Positions 9,044 through 17,716 of a DNA stretch of 32,279 bases are shown piece after piece. Below the pieces are notes generated by a model. That model was not told where the DNA came from. It saw nothing but the letters and a program-made list of their open reading frames with translations, and ran no database searches. The position numbers and the translations under genes were made by a program. How positions within the stretch are numbered: position 1 is the stretch's first letter; each line of letters opens with the position of its first letter. Origin of the DNA: a bacterium (GTDB lineage Bacteria; Arandabacterota; Arandabacteria; Arandabacterales; JALGWA01); assembly GCA_050125095.1 (NCBI GenBank), contig JASFEA010000015.1:1-32279 (forward strand). The letters are read 5' to 3'.

Positions 9044-9907
9044 TCAGATCAGTTCGCGGCTTGCGCCCGCCGGATCCTCCAGGCCGAATCTCACAAGAGC
9101 TAGCTCGGGCCCCTGGTGAGCCGCGGATATCATGTGAGTTCTGCCCAGGCTCTCAATGTATTTCCCGGTGATCTCCACCGACTCATGTACATGCCCGTGG
9201 AGCGTAACCAGCGGCTGGCGAGCCTCGATAAACCTCTTTATGGCTATGCTGCCCACATGAACATCGAGCGGGACGCCATCGACCTGCCGTCCATCCAGAT
9301 CTGCCCGGTCGAGCGCGGTGCGATACGGGGGAGAGTGGAAAAGGAAGACGGCGTTCTCAAGGTCGTCGTCACCGACCAGTCTTTCCAGGTCATCCGCGAT
9401 GGTGGCATAGCGTTTCTTGCTGCGATCCGCCTCCACCGAGCGCACGCCCTCCTCGGGTGACAGGCTGCCGGGGTCCACATAGCGCGAGACATCGTAGCGC
9501 TCCCAGTCCTTGAGGCGGAACGGGGTGGGGGGGACATGCGAGTAGCCGTACACGGCCCAGCGGTCGAATTCGGCCTTCGTGTTGTGGACGTATGTCCAGA
9601 GCCCCCGCGCGGCCAGGGCACGGACCGCCTCCTCTTCCACCCGCGGGTCGTCATTGCCGAGTATCACGTAGAATTCCGGATATGCTTCTCCCATCTTCCG
9701 CTTGAGGTCCGTGAGGCGGGGCCCGACATAATCCAGAAGAAAGTCATCATGCTGGTCCTCAGGCCGGACCAGGCTGATGAGGCCTGAAGGCAGGATGTCT
9801 CCACCCATAAAGACCACTGAAGGTGCGGCGGACTCGATCTCCCCGAAAAGCTTCGAGTATTTATCCGAATCTCCATGGAGATCTGAAACGAAGAACGCTT
9901 CGGTCAA
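9044..9907 (-). CDS. Metallophosphoesterase (calcineurin-like, Icc-related)
   Basis: SDLHG, GGD, GNDD, FHSPP and LHGHVHES motifs. Probable TTG start at 9907 or 9910 after SD GGAGG (9920-9916). Confidence 0.92.
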   Translation of the reverse strand: MTEAFFVSDLHGDSDKYSKLFGEIESAAPSVVFMGGDILPSGLISLVRPEDQHDDFLLDYVGPRLTDLKRKMGEAYPEFYVILGNDDPRVEEEAVRALAARGLWTYVHNTKAEFDRWAVYGYSHVPPTPFRLKDWERYDVSRYVDPGSLSPEEGVRSVEADRSKKRYATIADDLERLVGDDDLENAVFLFHSPPYRTALDRADLDGRQVDGVPLDVHVGSIAIKRFIEARQPLVTLHGHVHESVEITGKYIESLGRTHMISAAHQGPELALVRFGLEDPAGASRELI

Positions 9908-10096
9908 CAAAAGTGCCTCCCCCTCGGGCCCGGCGAACGGGACCATCAAAGTATATAGACAATAGTATCTCTACGTCCACTGCCTGCAAAACGAAATATG
10001 GCGCCGGGGCGTACCTGCCGGCCACTGCGCGGGTCGGGCAGCTCTCAGCGCCGCAACCGGTGCCCGCCCTGACGCCCGGATTAGGCCTTCACCTTC

Positions 10097-10132
10097 AGAC
10101 AACCTCTTAAGACAACCTCTTAAGACAACCTC
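10097..10132. repeat. 13-bp tandem direct repeat AGACAACCTCTTA, about 2.8 copies
   Basis: Exact copies at 10097-10109 and 10110-10122, and a partial copy at 10123-10132. Confidence 0.95.
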
Positions 10133-10133
10133 C

Positions 10134-10162
10134 TTGACGCGTCCCGGGCGGCGTGGTAACAT
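10134..10162 (+). promoter_or_regulatory. Sigma70-type promoter with extended -10 for the phosphodiesterase operon
   Basis: TTGACG (10134-10139), 17-nt spacer ending in TGG, TAACAT (10157-10162). Confidence 0.7.
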
Positions 10163-10243
10163 GCTCTACTGAAACTCCGGGATTGCGAATGAAGGTTCCC
10201 TTAACGCATAAGCATTTGGCATCATGACCGGGGAGGTGCCGGA

Positions 10244-11842
10244 ATGAACCGGAGAGACGCTCTGCGCCTGCTTGCATACACCGGCGTCAACCTCACCAAT
10301 CTGGGCGCCGCCGCCTCTTTCCTCTCAGGATGCTCGCACCGGAGCTTCAACCCGACCCCCACGCTCAAGGACCGCTACGGCGTCATGATACTGGTTGACG
10401 GGTGGCGGGCCAGCGTTTTCCGGGACATGCTGGAATCGGGCGCCCTCCCCAATATAGAGCGGGAGCTCGTAGACCGTGGCACCTCTGTGGAGACCTGCGT
10501 AAGCACTTTCCCGTCCACCACCGGCCCCGCCCACCTCCCCTTCATAACGGGGGTCATGCCGGGTTACAACAACTGCCCGGGGATAAGGTGGGTGGATCGG
10601 AACCATCGCAAGATACGCGACTACTGCACGCTTGAGAGCATACTCATAAACGCCGATTTCCCTCAGTCGAACCACACCATTTATGAAGTTCTGTACGATA
10701 CGCGCACCGTTTGCATATACGACTTCGTGTCGCGGGGCGCCAGCGACAAGTTCGTAGTGCCCGTAGACACGCTGTGGTTCATGCTGACGGGCGGCAAGGA
10801 CGTGTGGCGGAAGATGGACGAGGATGCGGCTGAAACGTTCCGGAAGGCGTACCTCAGGGACGGCACCGTACCTGCCTTCACATTCGTATGGATGCCCGCC
10901 ATCGACCACCTGGCCCATTTCCACGGCTCGGAGGATCAGGTTATTTACGACAGGGCAAAGGACGTCGATGGCCACGTGGGCAAGATAGTGGACACGCTCA
11001 AGGAGGTGGGCATTTACGATAAGACCATGATCGCGCTCATAGTCGATCACGGCCTCCGCGACACCGAACGGCACGTGGACCTGACGAAGGCCCTGGAGCG
11101 CGCCGACCTCAGCGTGATGGGGGACCTTGACGAGAGCGACGAGTTCAACTGTCTTTACCAGCACAATGCCGTGCGGAGCGTAAGCGGGAACGCCTTCGCC
11201 CTGATGTATTTCGCCAAGCTGGAGAAGGAGAGACTCGGCATGAGGAGGTACGCCTGGGAGACGCAGCCGACCTATCATGAGCTCAGGGAATTTCCCCACG
11301 GCTCGGACCGCGTCGACCTCCTTGAGCTCCTTCGCAATGAGGACGGCATAGAGCTGGTCATGGCCGCCGACAGCGGGAACACTGTTCACGTTCTTTCAAA
11401 GGACGGGGAAGGCTATATAGAGCGCGACTATACTTCGCTGAAATACACCGCCCTGGAAGGCGATCCCCTGGGATACGCGGACCATCCGGAGGCGGAGCTC
11501 CTTATGAACGGCCTCCATCACGATAAGGACGACTGGTTCATGGCCACCCGAAATACCAGATACCCCGACGGCGTGTTCCAGATCGCGCAGCTGTTCGACT
11601 CCGAGAGATGCGGTGACGTTGTCGTGACCGCAAGCGACGGTTGGGACCTCATGGACCAGAAACACATAGCCTCTCACGGCGGCATGGACTACCACCAGAT
11701 TGTCGTGCCCTGTCTCATCGCCGGCCCCGGCATCAAACAGGGCACCATCCCGATTGCCAGAACCGTGGACATATACCCCACATTTCTCAAACATATGGGT
11801 CTACCCCGCTACGATGGAGAGGTGCTGGATGTCTTCATTTAG
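10244..11842 (+). CDS. Alkaline phosphatase superfamily, type I phosphodiesterase/nucleotide pyrophosphatase; predicted Tat-exported lipoprotein
   Basis: N-terminal MNRRDAL and lipobox LSGC. Metal and catalytic motifs VDG, FPSTT (Thr nucleophile), DHLAH, VDHG and SHGG. SD GGGAGGT. Confidence 0.92.
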   Translation: MNRRDALRLLAYTGVNLTNLGAAASFLSGCSHRSFNPTPTLKDRYGVMILVDGWRASVFRDMLESGALPNIERELVDRGTSVETCVSTFPSTTGPAHLPFITGVMPGYNNCPGIRWVDRNHRKIRDYCTLESILINADFPQSNHTIYEVLYDTRTVCIYDFVSRGASDKFVVPVDTLWFMLTGGKDVWRKMDEDAAETFRKAYLRDGTVPAFTFVWMPAIDHLAHFHGSEDQVIYDRAKDVDGHVGKIVDTLKEVGIYDKTMIALIVDHGLRDTERHVDLTKALERADLSVMGDLDESDEFNCLYQHNAVRSVSGNAFALMYFAKLEKERLGMRRYAWETQPTYHELREFPHGSDRVDLLELLRNEDGIELVMAADSGNTVHVLSKDGEGYIERDYTSLKYTALEGDPLGYADHPEAELLMNGLHHDKDDWFMATRNTRYPDGVFQIAQLFDSERCGDVVVTASDGWDLMDQKHIASHGGMDYHQIVVPCLIAGPGIKQGTIPIARTVDIYPTFLKHMGLPRYDGEVLDVFI

Positions 11843-12743
11843 GATCCGTTTGCATGAACCCGGTCGCGCCCTTATGCCCGTCGCGGCCTGCTGCCTTCTG
11901 GCCCTGGCTGCCCTGGTGCTGACCCCGGCCGGGCCCCGCGCGATGGAATTCGAAGCCTCCACACCGCCCAAGGGCGGCCTGGTTCTTGAGACGCATGCCT
12001 CCTTCTATTATGCGAGCGCTTATTTCGACCAGCACGGATATGTGAGGAACCTTGAGGAGACCACCGGCCTTCTGGTATTCAGAGTGCCGGTGTATGTGCA
12101 GTACGGCGTGACCAGCGCGTTTTCTGTGGGCGGCATGGTCCCGATCGACCTTGTGTACGGCGAGGCGTACTTCGAAGACGAAGACCGGCCATTGGAGCGG
12201 AGCCGCTTCACCGTGCACGAATTCTGGATAAATCTGCAGTATAAGTTCCTCACCAGTCCTTTCCTGGTATCGGTTTCGATGAGGACCAAAGTGCCGCTCG
12301 CAGAAAAATACGACTGGTATGACGGCCTCAGAGTCGGCGACGGACAGGTGGACCTTTTCCCCGTAGTGCACCTCGACTACTTCAGCAGGACGCACTACTG
12401 GTTCATCCAGACCGCATACGGCCACAAATACCGCTTGAAGAACGGCGACATCAATCCCCATGACGAGAGCCACTTCCATGCCCTGGGCGGAGTCGAGCTA
12501 TTCCCGGAACTCAAGATGCGCATGTTCCTTCTCACGGACATCATCAGGTTTAAAAAGGGTTCCTACCCTTATGAGGACCTCGAGTTCTACGAGAAAGACG
12601 GAAACCTGAACTCATTCGGATACGGAGTCTCCCTGTGGCCGCGGCCGACCATACGGATAGAAATCGCTACGGCCGGGGACCTCTGGGGAGAGAACCGGTA
12701 TCGCGGCATGTACTGGACCGTGGGCTTCACAAAGATCTTCTAG
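11829..12743 (+). CDS. Putative outer-membrane beta-barrel protein
   Basis: Signal peptide (PVAACCLLALAALVL...PRA), alternating aromatic-rich strands and a C-terminal WTVGFTKIF ending in Phe. ATG 11829 has SD GGAGAGG and overlaps the upstream stop. Confidence 0.7.
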   Translation: MSSFRIRLHEPGRALMPVAACCLLALAALVLTPAGPRAMEFEASTPPKGGLVLETHASFYYASAYFDQHGYVRNLEETTGLLVFRVPVYVQYGVTSAFSVGGMVPIDLVYGEAYFEDEDRPLERSRFTVHEFWINLQYKFLTSPFLVSVSMRTKVPLAEKYDWYDGLRVGDGQVDLFPVVHLDYFSRTHYWFIQTAYGHKYRLKNGDINPHDESHFHALGGVELFPELKMRMFLLTDIIRFKKGSYPYEDLEFYEKDGNLNSFGYGVSLWPRPTIRIEIATAGDLWGENRYRGMYWTVGFTKIF

Positions 12744-12828
12744 ACGGCTTCTCCCTTGAGCGTGGCATCCAGGCGCTTCGGTCGTTTATATCAGTAGTCC
12801 AGCCCCCAGCTTCCCGGGGCTTGGGGCG

Positions 12829-12857
12829 TTGACAGGGGGCAGGGCAACGTTTACAAT
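12829..12857 (+). promoter_or_regulatory. Near-consensus sigma70 promoter
   Basis: TTGACA (12829-12834), 17-nt spacer, TACAAT (12852-12857). Confidence 0.8.
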
Positions 12858-13046
12858 CTCAGCGAAATCCCGCAGACAACCGGGGCTGTGGGACGCGCCG
12901 TATCAGGGAGATCTGTAGGTCTGCTCCCCGCTTGAGGCGCTTCGCAGGATACACCCAGAGGGAATCGATGGAGCAAGGCGCGCCTTTCGGGAACATCCTC
13001 ACCACCCAACCCAACACTCGACATGTATCCTCAGGAGGCCGATAGC

Positions 13047-14375
13047 ATGATAGTACCGAGGCGATACCACGCGGGCGGTCACAAATGCGCACGCATCGTA
13101 TTTGCGGCGCTACTGATATTGGCCGCGTCGGCCCTACCGGCCGCCGGTGAGAAAGCGGGGGACTATGAGGGCCGGATGATCGACGAGATAAGGATCACCG
13201 GGGCGAAGCACACGAAGGAGTACATCATCACCAGGGAGCTTTCCTCCAAACCGGGCGAGCCGCTCACCGCAGAAAACGTTAAGCATGATGGGGAAAGCCT
13301 GGATGCCCTCGGCGTATTCAGCTCGATTAATGTCTATCCAAGCGATGAGGATGGGAAACTCATTCTCAATATCGATGTCACGGAGACCTTCCGATATCTG
13401 CCCACGGTGTCCCTCAAGATTGACGACGAGAACGGGATTTCAATCGGGGGCGGTCTCAAGTCGACCAACCTTTTCGGAAGGGCGATGTACCTGTCCGGCA
13501 CGGCCCTATTCGGAGGCGCGACGACAATCGAAGTCTGGGCCAGAGACAACTGGGTGATGGGCGACCATATAGGATACGATCTCAAGTACTCCCACAGGGA
13601 CAGGAAGAACGAGCTCTATGACTTCGGCGAGGTCGCCGACGAGGTATTCCTGCAGGTCGTAGGCCGCCTTCGAAGACGCGGCAGGCTTGGCATGCTGGGG
13701 TCCTTTCAGAGCCTCAAAAGCGATGCCGACGGCAAGACACTCAGCCCGGACAATCGGGACAACATCCTCTCAGTGGGATTTGCGGTGCGCTATGACAGCC
13801 GCGACTTCTTGTCCAATCCCCGCAACGGCTGGAACAGCGGCTTCGATATCTCGCGCGTCTGGTCGCTGGATACGGGCGCCTCGCACTGGAGCAGCAATGT
13901 CGATGTGTGGAGGTACATACAGCTTTCGGGCCCGCATATACTGGCGCTCTTCTCGTTAGTGACGTTTACCTCGGGCTCGGTCGGGGTCGAGATCGCCGAG
14001 TGGCAGCAGTACAGCCTCGGCGGGACGAGCACTGTCCGCGGCTGGGATATCGGGAAACGGTACGGCAAGAACCAGTTCATCAATACGATGGAGTACCGTT
14101 ACAACGTGATTGAGCCGCGGAACTTCGAGGCCTTCGGTTTGAACGCCTCTCTTGGCGTCCAGCTTGCCGCATTCTTCGACGCGGGCACCGTGTGGGACGC
14201 GGGGGAAGATTTCTCGGATTCATGGATAGCGGGAGGCGGGGTGGGCCTCCGCTTCATAATCCCATACCTGGGCCTCGCCCGGCTGGACTTCGGCTGGGGC
14301 GACAGCCGGTCGGGAATGCTGGTGCATCTCGGAGCTCTCGAGAAGGCAGAGAAGGCGCGCGTGCGCGTGAGGTAG
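13047..14375 (+). CDS. Omp85 (BamA/TamA) family outer-membrane protein with a single POTRA domain
   Basis: Signal peptide; POTRA (IDEIRITGAKHTKEYIITREL...LGVFSSI); NLFGR, YDSRD..SNPRNG, LGGTSTVRGW, FFDAGTVW, GVGLRF and RLDFGW. ATG 13047 follows AGGAGG. Confidence 0.88.
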   Translation: MIVPRRYHAGGHKCARIVFAALLILAASALPAAGEKAGDYEGRMIDEIRITGAKHTKEYIITRELSSKPGEPLTAENVKHDGESLDALGVFSSINVYPSDEDGKLILNIDVTETFRYLPTVSLKIDDENGISIGGGLKSTNLFGRAMYLSGTALFGGATTIEVWARDNWVMGDHIGYDLKYSHRDRKNELYDFGEVADEVFLQVVGRLRRRGRLGMLGSFQSLKSDADGKTLSPDNRDNILSVGFAVRYDSRDFLSNPRNGWNSGFDISRVWSLDTGASHWSSNVDVWRYIQLSGPHILALFSLVTFTSGSVGVEIAEWQQYSLGGTSTVRGWDIGKRYGKNQFINTMEYRYNVIEPRNFEAFGLNASLGVQLAAFFDAGTVWDAGEDFSDSWIAGGGVGLRFIIPYLGLARLDFGWGDSRSGMLVHLGALEKAEKARVRVR

Positions 14376-14517
14376 GTGCGGAGACGCATTGAGCGTCCTC
14401 CGGGCTCCCTGACCATCTCCAGCATTAGGAGCCTACAGTTCCCTTATGTCCCGGTTCCGACCACGATGATCGCCTTTCTGGGGGCGGCCTGCGTTGATAA
14501 CCGGCAAGAAGAAGGGC

Positions 14518-14575
14518 GCCGGGCATCCCGTTCATCAGGGTGCTGAGTGTATGAACGTTCTGGCTGATGCCCGGC
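14518..14575 (-). terminator. Long stem-loop just after the stop of the beta-helix gene (terminator or 3' stabiliser)
   Basis: GCCGGGCATC (14518-14527) / GATGCCCGGC (14566-14575) with inner CGTTCAT / ATGAACG, followed by CCCTTCTTCTT on the minus strand. It lies between convergent genes. Confidence 0.55.
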
Positions 14576-14587
14576 TCGCATCCTCTT

Positions 14588-16225
14588 CTATTTGATCAGC
14601 ATCATCTTGCGCATGCCTTCGGCTCCTTCGGCCCGGATGCGGCAGAGATAGACGCCCGGAGGGATGCCGTCACCCGAGTCGTCTCGACCATCCCAGGCAA
14701 TGGTGTGCGTCCCGGCGGCCAGGACGGAGCCCGCGACCAGCTGCCTCACCCGGCGCCCGCGCACGTCATATACCACAACATCCACAGGCCCCCGCACGGG
14801 AAGGTCGAATCGCAATTCTGTAACTGCGTGGAACGGATTGGGGCAATTGCCGACATAGAGAGCATCGCGCGACGATGGCCGGTCTCGCTCTGGTTCCGGC
14901 ACGCCCGCGGAGCCCTGAGGCCAGGCGCAGGCGAGGGGCCCGCCATAGGCGCCCATGTCATTCCGCCCGGTGCCCTGAGAGGGAGGGAAGCACTGGTCAT
15001 TGTATAAGGGGTCCGGATCGCCCGCGTCGATGCAGGGACTCAAGGCGGCGAGATGATAGAGCGAGTCCGAGAAAAGGGGATCGTGGTTGATGTTCCCGGT
15101 GCCGGCCCAGCCGCCCTCCACGTCTGAATAGAATATGTCGACCAGGGTGCTGGCGCTCAGGAGGCCGACGGATGAATCCCGGAACGACTCGTTGCCCCAG
15201 ATGATGGCGTTCCGGAGAATGGGGTAGTCGCTGCCGCCGTAGTTGAGAACGTACACGCCGCCCCCGCTGCTGTCGGCGCTGTTCTCCACGATGGTGTTGT
15301 TGGCAAGGTCCGTGCAGTCATAGCGGATATAGAAACCGCCGCCGTCGGCATTGGTCCAGTTGTCCGCGACGATGTTGTTGTTGACCTTCCTGGGGTGAAG
15401 GCCGTTGGTGTTCCATAATGTGATGCCGCCGCCCCCGAACCCGCCGGCCAGATTGCCTGTGACTATGTTGTTCTCGATGACGGGCGTCGAGAAGGCGCCG
15501 ACGTATATCCCGCCGCCGCAGTAGGGGGCGATGTTGCCCTCTATGGTGTTATTCCTGGCGACGGGGAAGCCGCTTGTGTCGGACTGGTCGTCCAGAAAGG
15601 CGATTCCGCCTCCGGAGTCCGCCTGGTTATCACGTATGGTGCAGTGCTCTATAAGCGGCCAGGCGTTCACTGAGACGACGCCCCCGCCCGTGCCGTTGTA
15701 ATTGCTGTTATGTGAGAGATTTTGCTGTATAAGGGAATGCCGCACCGTGAGCGAGCAGAGGTGGCAGTACACACCGCCGCCCCGGACGTCGGGGAACTGG
15801 GTGGCTGAAGTGACGTGCTCAATGCGGCAGTATTCGAGTATGGAGGTGCTGTCCGACCTCACGAATCGGAGCCCGCGCCATTCGTTCACCGTGGCGGGGG
15901 TGTCCCATGTGAAGATGATCGAGTCCTGGAAGGTGCCGGCGGCATAGAGCGCCCCGTTCACGAGAAACCTGTAATGTCCCCGGAAGCGGATCTCAACGCC
16001 GGGTTCGATGGAGAGAATGCTGTCGGCGGGAACCCAGAGGTCCCCTTCGACCCAGTAGGGGCTTCCGGGAAGATCCAAGACTCCGGCCACGGTCCCGCTG
16101 ACGACCGTCCCCGCGAGAGTGCAGGGTGCAGCGGCCAGCAGTGCGAGCAGGGTCAGGCTGCTCAGGCCAAGCCGGCCCGGCCTGAATACCGAAACGTAGG
16201 TGCGAAAACCAGGTAATCTGAACAT
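14588..16225 (-). CDS. Secreted right-handed parallel beta-helix (pectin-lyase-like) protein with C-terminal FlgD-Ig/T9SS-like domain
   Basis: Signal peptide; repeated GGG(I/V)Y and N-A motifs; SPCIDAGDP...RNDMGAYGG; NCPNPF...YDVRGRRV...WDGRD..G...GVY...KMMLIK. ATG 16225 follows AAGGAG. Confidence 0.88.
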   Translation of the reverse strand: MFRLPGFRTYVSVFRPGRLGLSSLTLLALLAAAPCTLAGTVVSGTVAGVLDLPGSPYWVEGDLWVPADSILSIEPGVEIRFRGHYRFLVNGALYAAGTFQDSIIFTWDTPATVNEWRGLRFVRSDSTSILEYCRIEHVTSATQFPDVRGGGVYCHLCSLTVRHSLIQQNLSHNSNYNGTGGGVVSVNAWPLIEHCTIRDNQADSGGGIAFLDDQSDTSGFPVARNNTIEGNIAPYCGGGIYVGAFSTPVIENNIVTGNLAGGFGGGGITLWNTNGLHPRKVNNNIVADNWTNADGGGFYIRYDCTDLANNTIVENSADSSGGGVYVLNYGGSDYPILRNAIIWGNESFRDSSVGLLSASTLVDIFYSDVEGGWAGTGNINHDPLFSDSLYHLAALSPCIDAGDPDPLYNDQCFPPSQGTGRNDMGAYGGPLACAWPQGSAGVPEPERDRPSSRDALYVGNCPNPFHAVTELRFDLPVRGPVDVVVYDVRGRRVRQLVAGSVLAAGTHTIAWDGRDDSGDGIPPGVYLCRIRAEGAEGMRKMMLIK

Positions 16226-16423
16226 GGCGTCTCCTTCCTGTACAGGCAATGACTTGGATTAGTCCCGTCTGCAGCGGCTCCTGCCGGAGCGTGCAGGTTG
16301 CGCCATATAGCGCAAGCCACATTGCACGGGATACCTTATGGGAGAGTTGTACGCCTTCGCGCTCCAGGGGGCCGAATAATGCAAGCCCCGTGCCACCGGG
16401 GGCGCAACATAATGAGGTTCATC

Positions 16424-17557
16424 TCAGAATAACATGGCCTTCTCGAGGCTCACCTCTGTTGAGTCACCCATGTGGAGAATCTCTACGGCGACAGACGGGA
16501 CGGCATCGTCCTTGAGGAGATTGATCAGGTCTATCAGATTGTCCTGTGTCACCTCCCGGGAGTCAAAAGAGACAATCCTGTCCCCGACCTCTATTCCCGC
16601 CAGGTCGGCCGGTGAGCCTTCCCAGACGCCCTCGACGATGGCCTCTTTCTCATCGGACAGGCCCGGGCGGAGCCCAGCCGAGAATGAGTTGCGCTCGAAG
16701 CGTGCGTCTTCATAGGGAGTCAGAAGCAACTCGTGCGACGCGTAGTCGATTACCATTCTAAACTGGGAGAGGAAGTCGTTGCCGATGAGAGGCATCGAGA
16801 GGGCGGGCGGCAGGTCTCCGAATAGGCAGATGACGCTGTCGAGCTTGACGTTTCCCAGTCCGAATGAGTTCAGCCTTGCCAGGTAGTTATATTCGGGATT
16901 CGTCATGGGCCATTCTTCGACAAGGCCCTCGGATCTTATGTAATCGACCAAGCATGAATCCCTGTGCTTCCCGAAAGCGCTCATGGGCAGGACGACCGGG
17001 TAGGGCTGTCCGGTGTCGATCATGCCTTTAAGGGTCTTTCCGCAGATCTCGAAGTCAACCATTGGCGCGCTGTTCACCATGTGGTTCGTGAACGGCAGCA
17101 GGGTGGCTCCTTCCGGCACGTCGAGCGATGTGGTGTCGCTTGAGAAGGTCAGGGTATGTGCCTTGAAGTCGAAGGTCATCCTGTATCTGTCCATCAGATT
17201 CGACCCGATGATGCCGTGTACGGGAGTGCCCAGGGCGTCGAAAAGCCCGAAGTCGAAAGTAGTGAAACAGAACACCTTGTAAATCTTTAAGCCGGACAGG
17301 TCCAGGCTGTCGATCTTGGCCATTGGCCCCTTCTCTTTGAGGTCGAGGCTGGCCGCAAGGCTCTTATCGATGAAGGCGACTCCTCCGGTATCCACCACGA
17401 AATTGTACTCCACTTCCGACCCGTTTATTCCGGCCCTGACAAGCAGAAGGTGACTCAGCGATTCGAAGGTGACGGTGTTCGCGCCGGGCCCGGCGGCAGG
17501 CGCGAGGTCAGTGACGACAAGAGTCAAGAGACAGAGCAAGAGAAACGATCGGCCCAT
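16424..17557 (-). CDS. Secreted two-domain retropepsin-like aspartyl protease with C-terminal PDZ domain
   Basis: Two catalytic motifs, VVDTGG and MIDTGQ, with psi-loop motifs GIIG and PLIG. PDZ segment VWEGSPADLAGIEVGDRIVSFD. Signal peptide and SD GGAGG. Confidence 0.9.
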   Translation of the reverse strand: MGRSFLLLCLLTLVVTDLAPAAGPGANTVTFESLSHLLLVRAGINGSEVEYNFVVDTGGVAFIDKSLAASLDLKEKGPMAKIDSLDLSGLKIYKVFCFTTFDFGLFDALGTPVHGIIGSNLMDRYRMTFDFKAHTLTFSSDTTSLDVPEGATLLPFTNHMVNSAPMVDFEICGKTLKGMIDTGQPYPVVLPMSAFGKHRDSCLVDYIRSEGLVEEWPMTNPEYNYLARLNSFGLGNVKLDSVICLFGDLPPALSMPLIGNDFLSQFRMVIDYASHELLLTPYEDARFERNSFSAGLRPGLSDEKEAIVEGVWEGSPADLAGIEVGDRIVSFDSREVTQDNLIDLINLLKDDAVPSVAVEILHMGDSTEVSLEKAMLF

Positions 17558-17639
17558 GTTTGCGATCCTCCCGGCTTACTCCAGGTTTCACGTTGCGGCC
17601 GGCTGGCCGCCCTGTGAAGCTCCTACCATACTTGGCGCT

Positions 17640-17683
17640 ATGCTACCAGACGTTTGCCAAAAAGTCATGTGTTGTGATAGGTT
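17640..17683. promoter_or_regulatory. Overlapping divergent sigma70-like promoters
   Basis: Plus strand: TTGCCA (17654), 18-nt spacer, TGn-TAGGTT (17678). Minus strand: ATGACT (17668), 17-nt spacer, TGn-TAGCAT (17645). Confidence 0.4.
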
Positions 17684-17716
17684 GGTGGGGAATAGACCGC
17701 CAGACGGGAGGATGAG

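Noticed and set aside
10097-10132. CRISPR array or Pho box interpretation of the 13-bp repeats
   Set aside because: There are no spacers, the unit is too short, no cas genes are present, and the period and sequence differ from PhoB boxes.
12862-12900. c-di-GMP-I riboswitch (GGGACGC resemblance)
   Set aside because: It lacks the GGCAAAC…GNRA…GCAAAG core. It is kept only as an unidentified structured leader.
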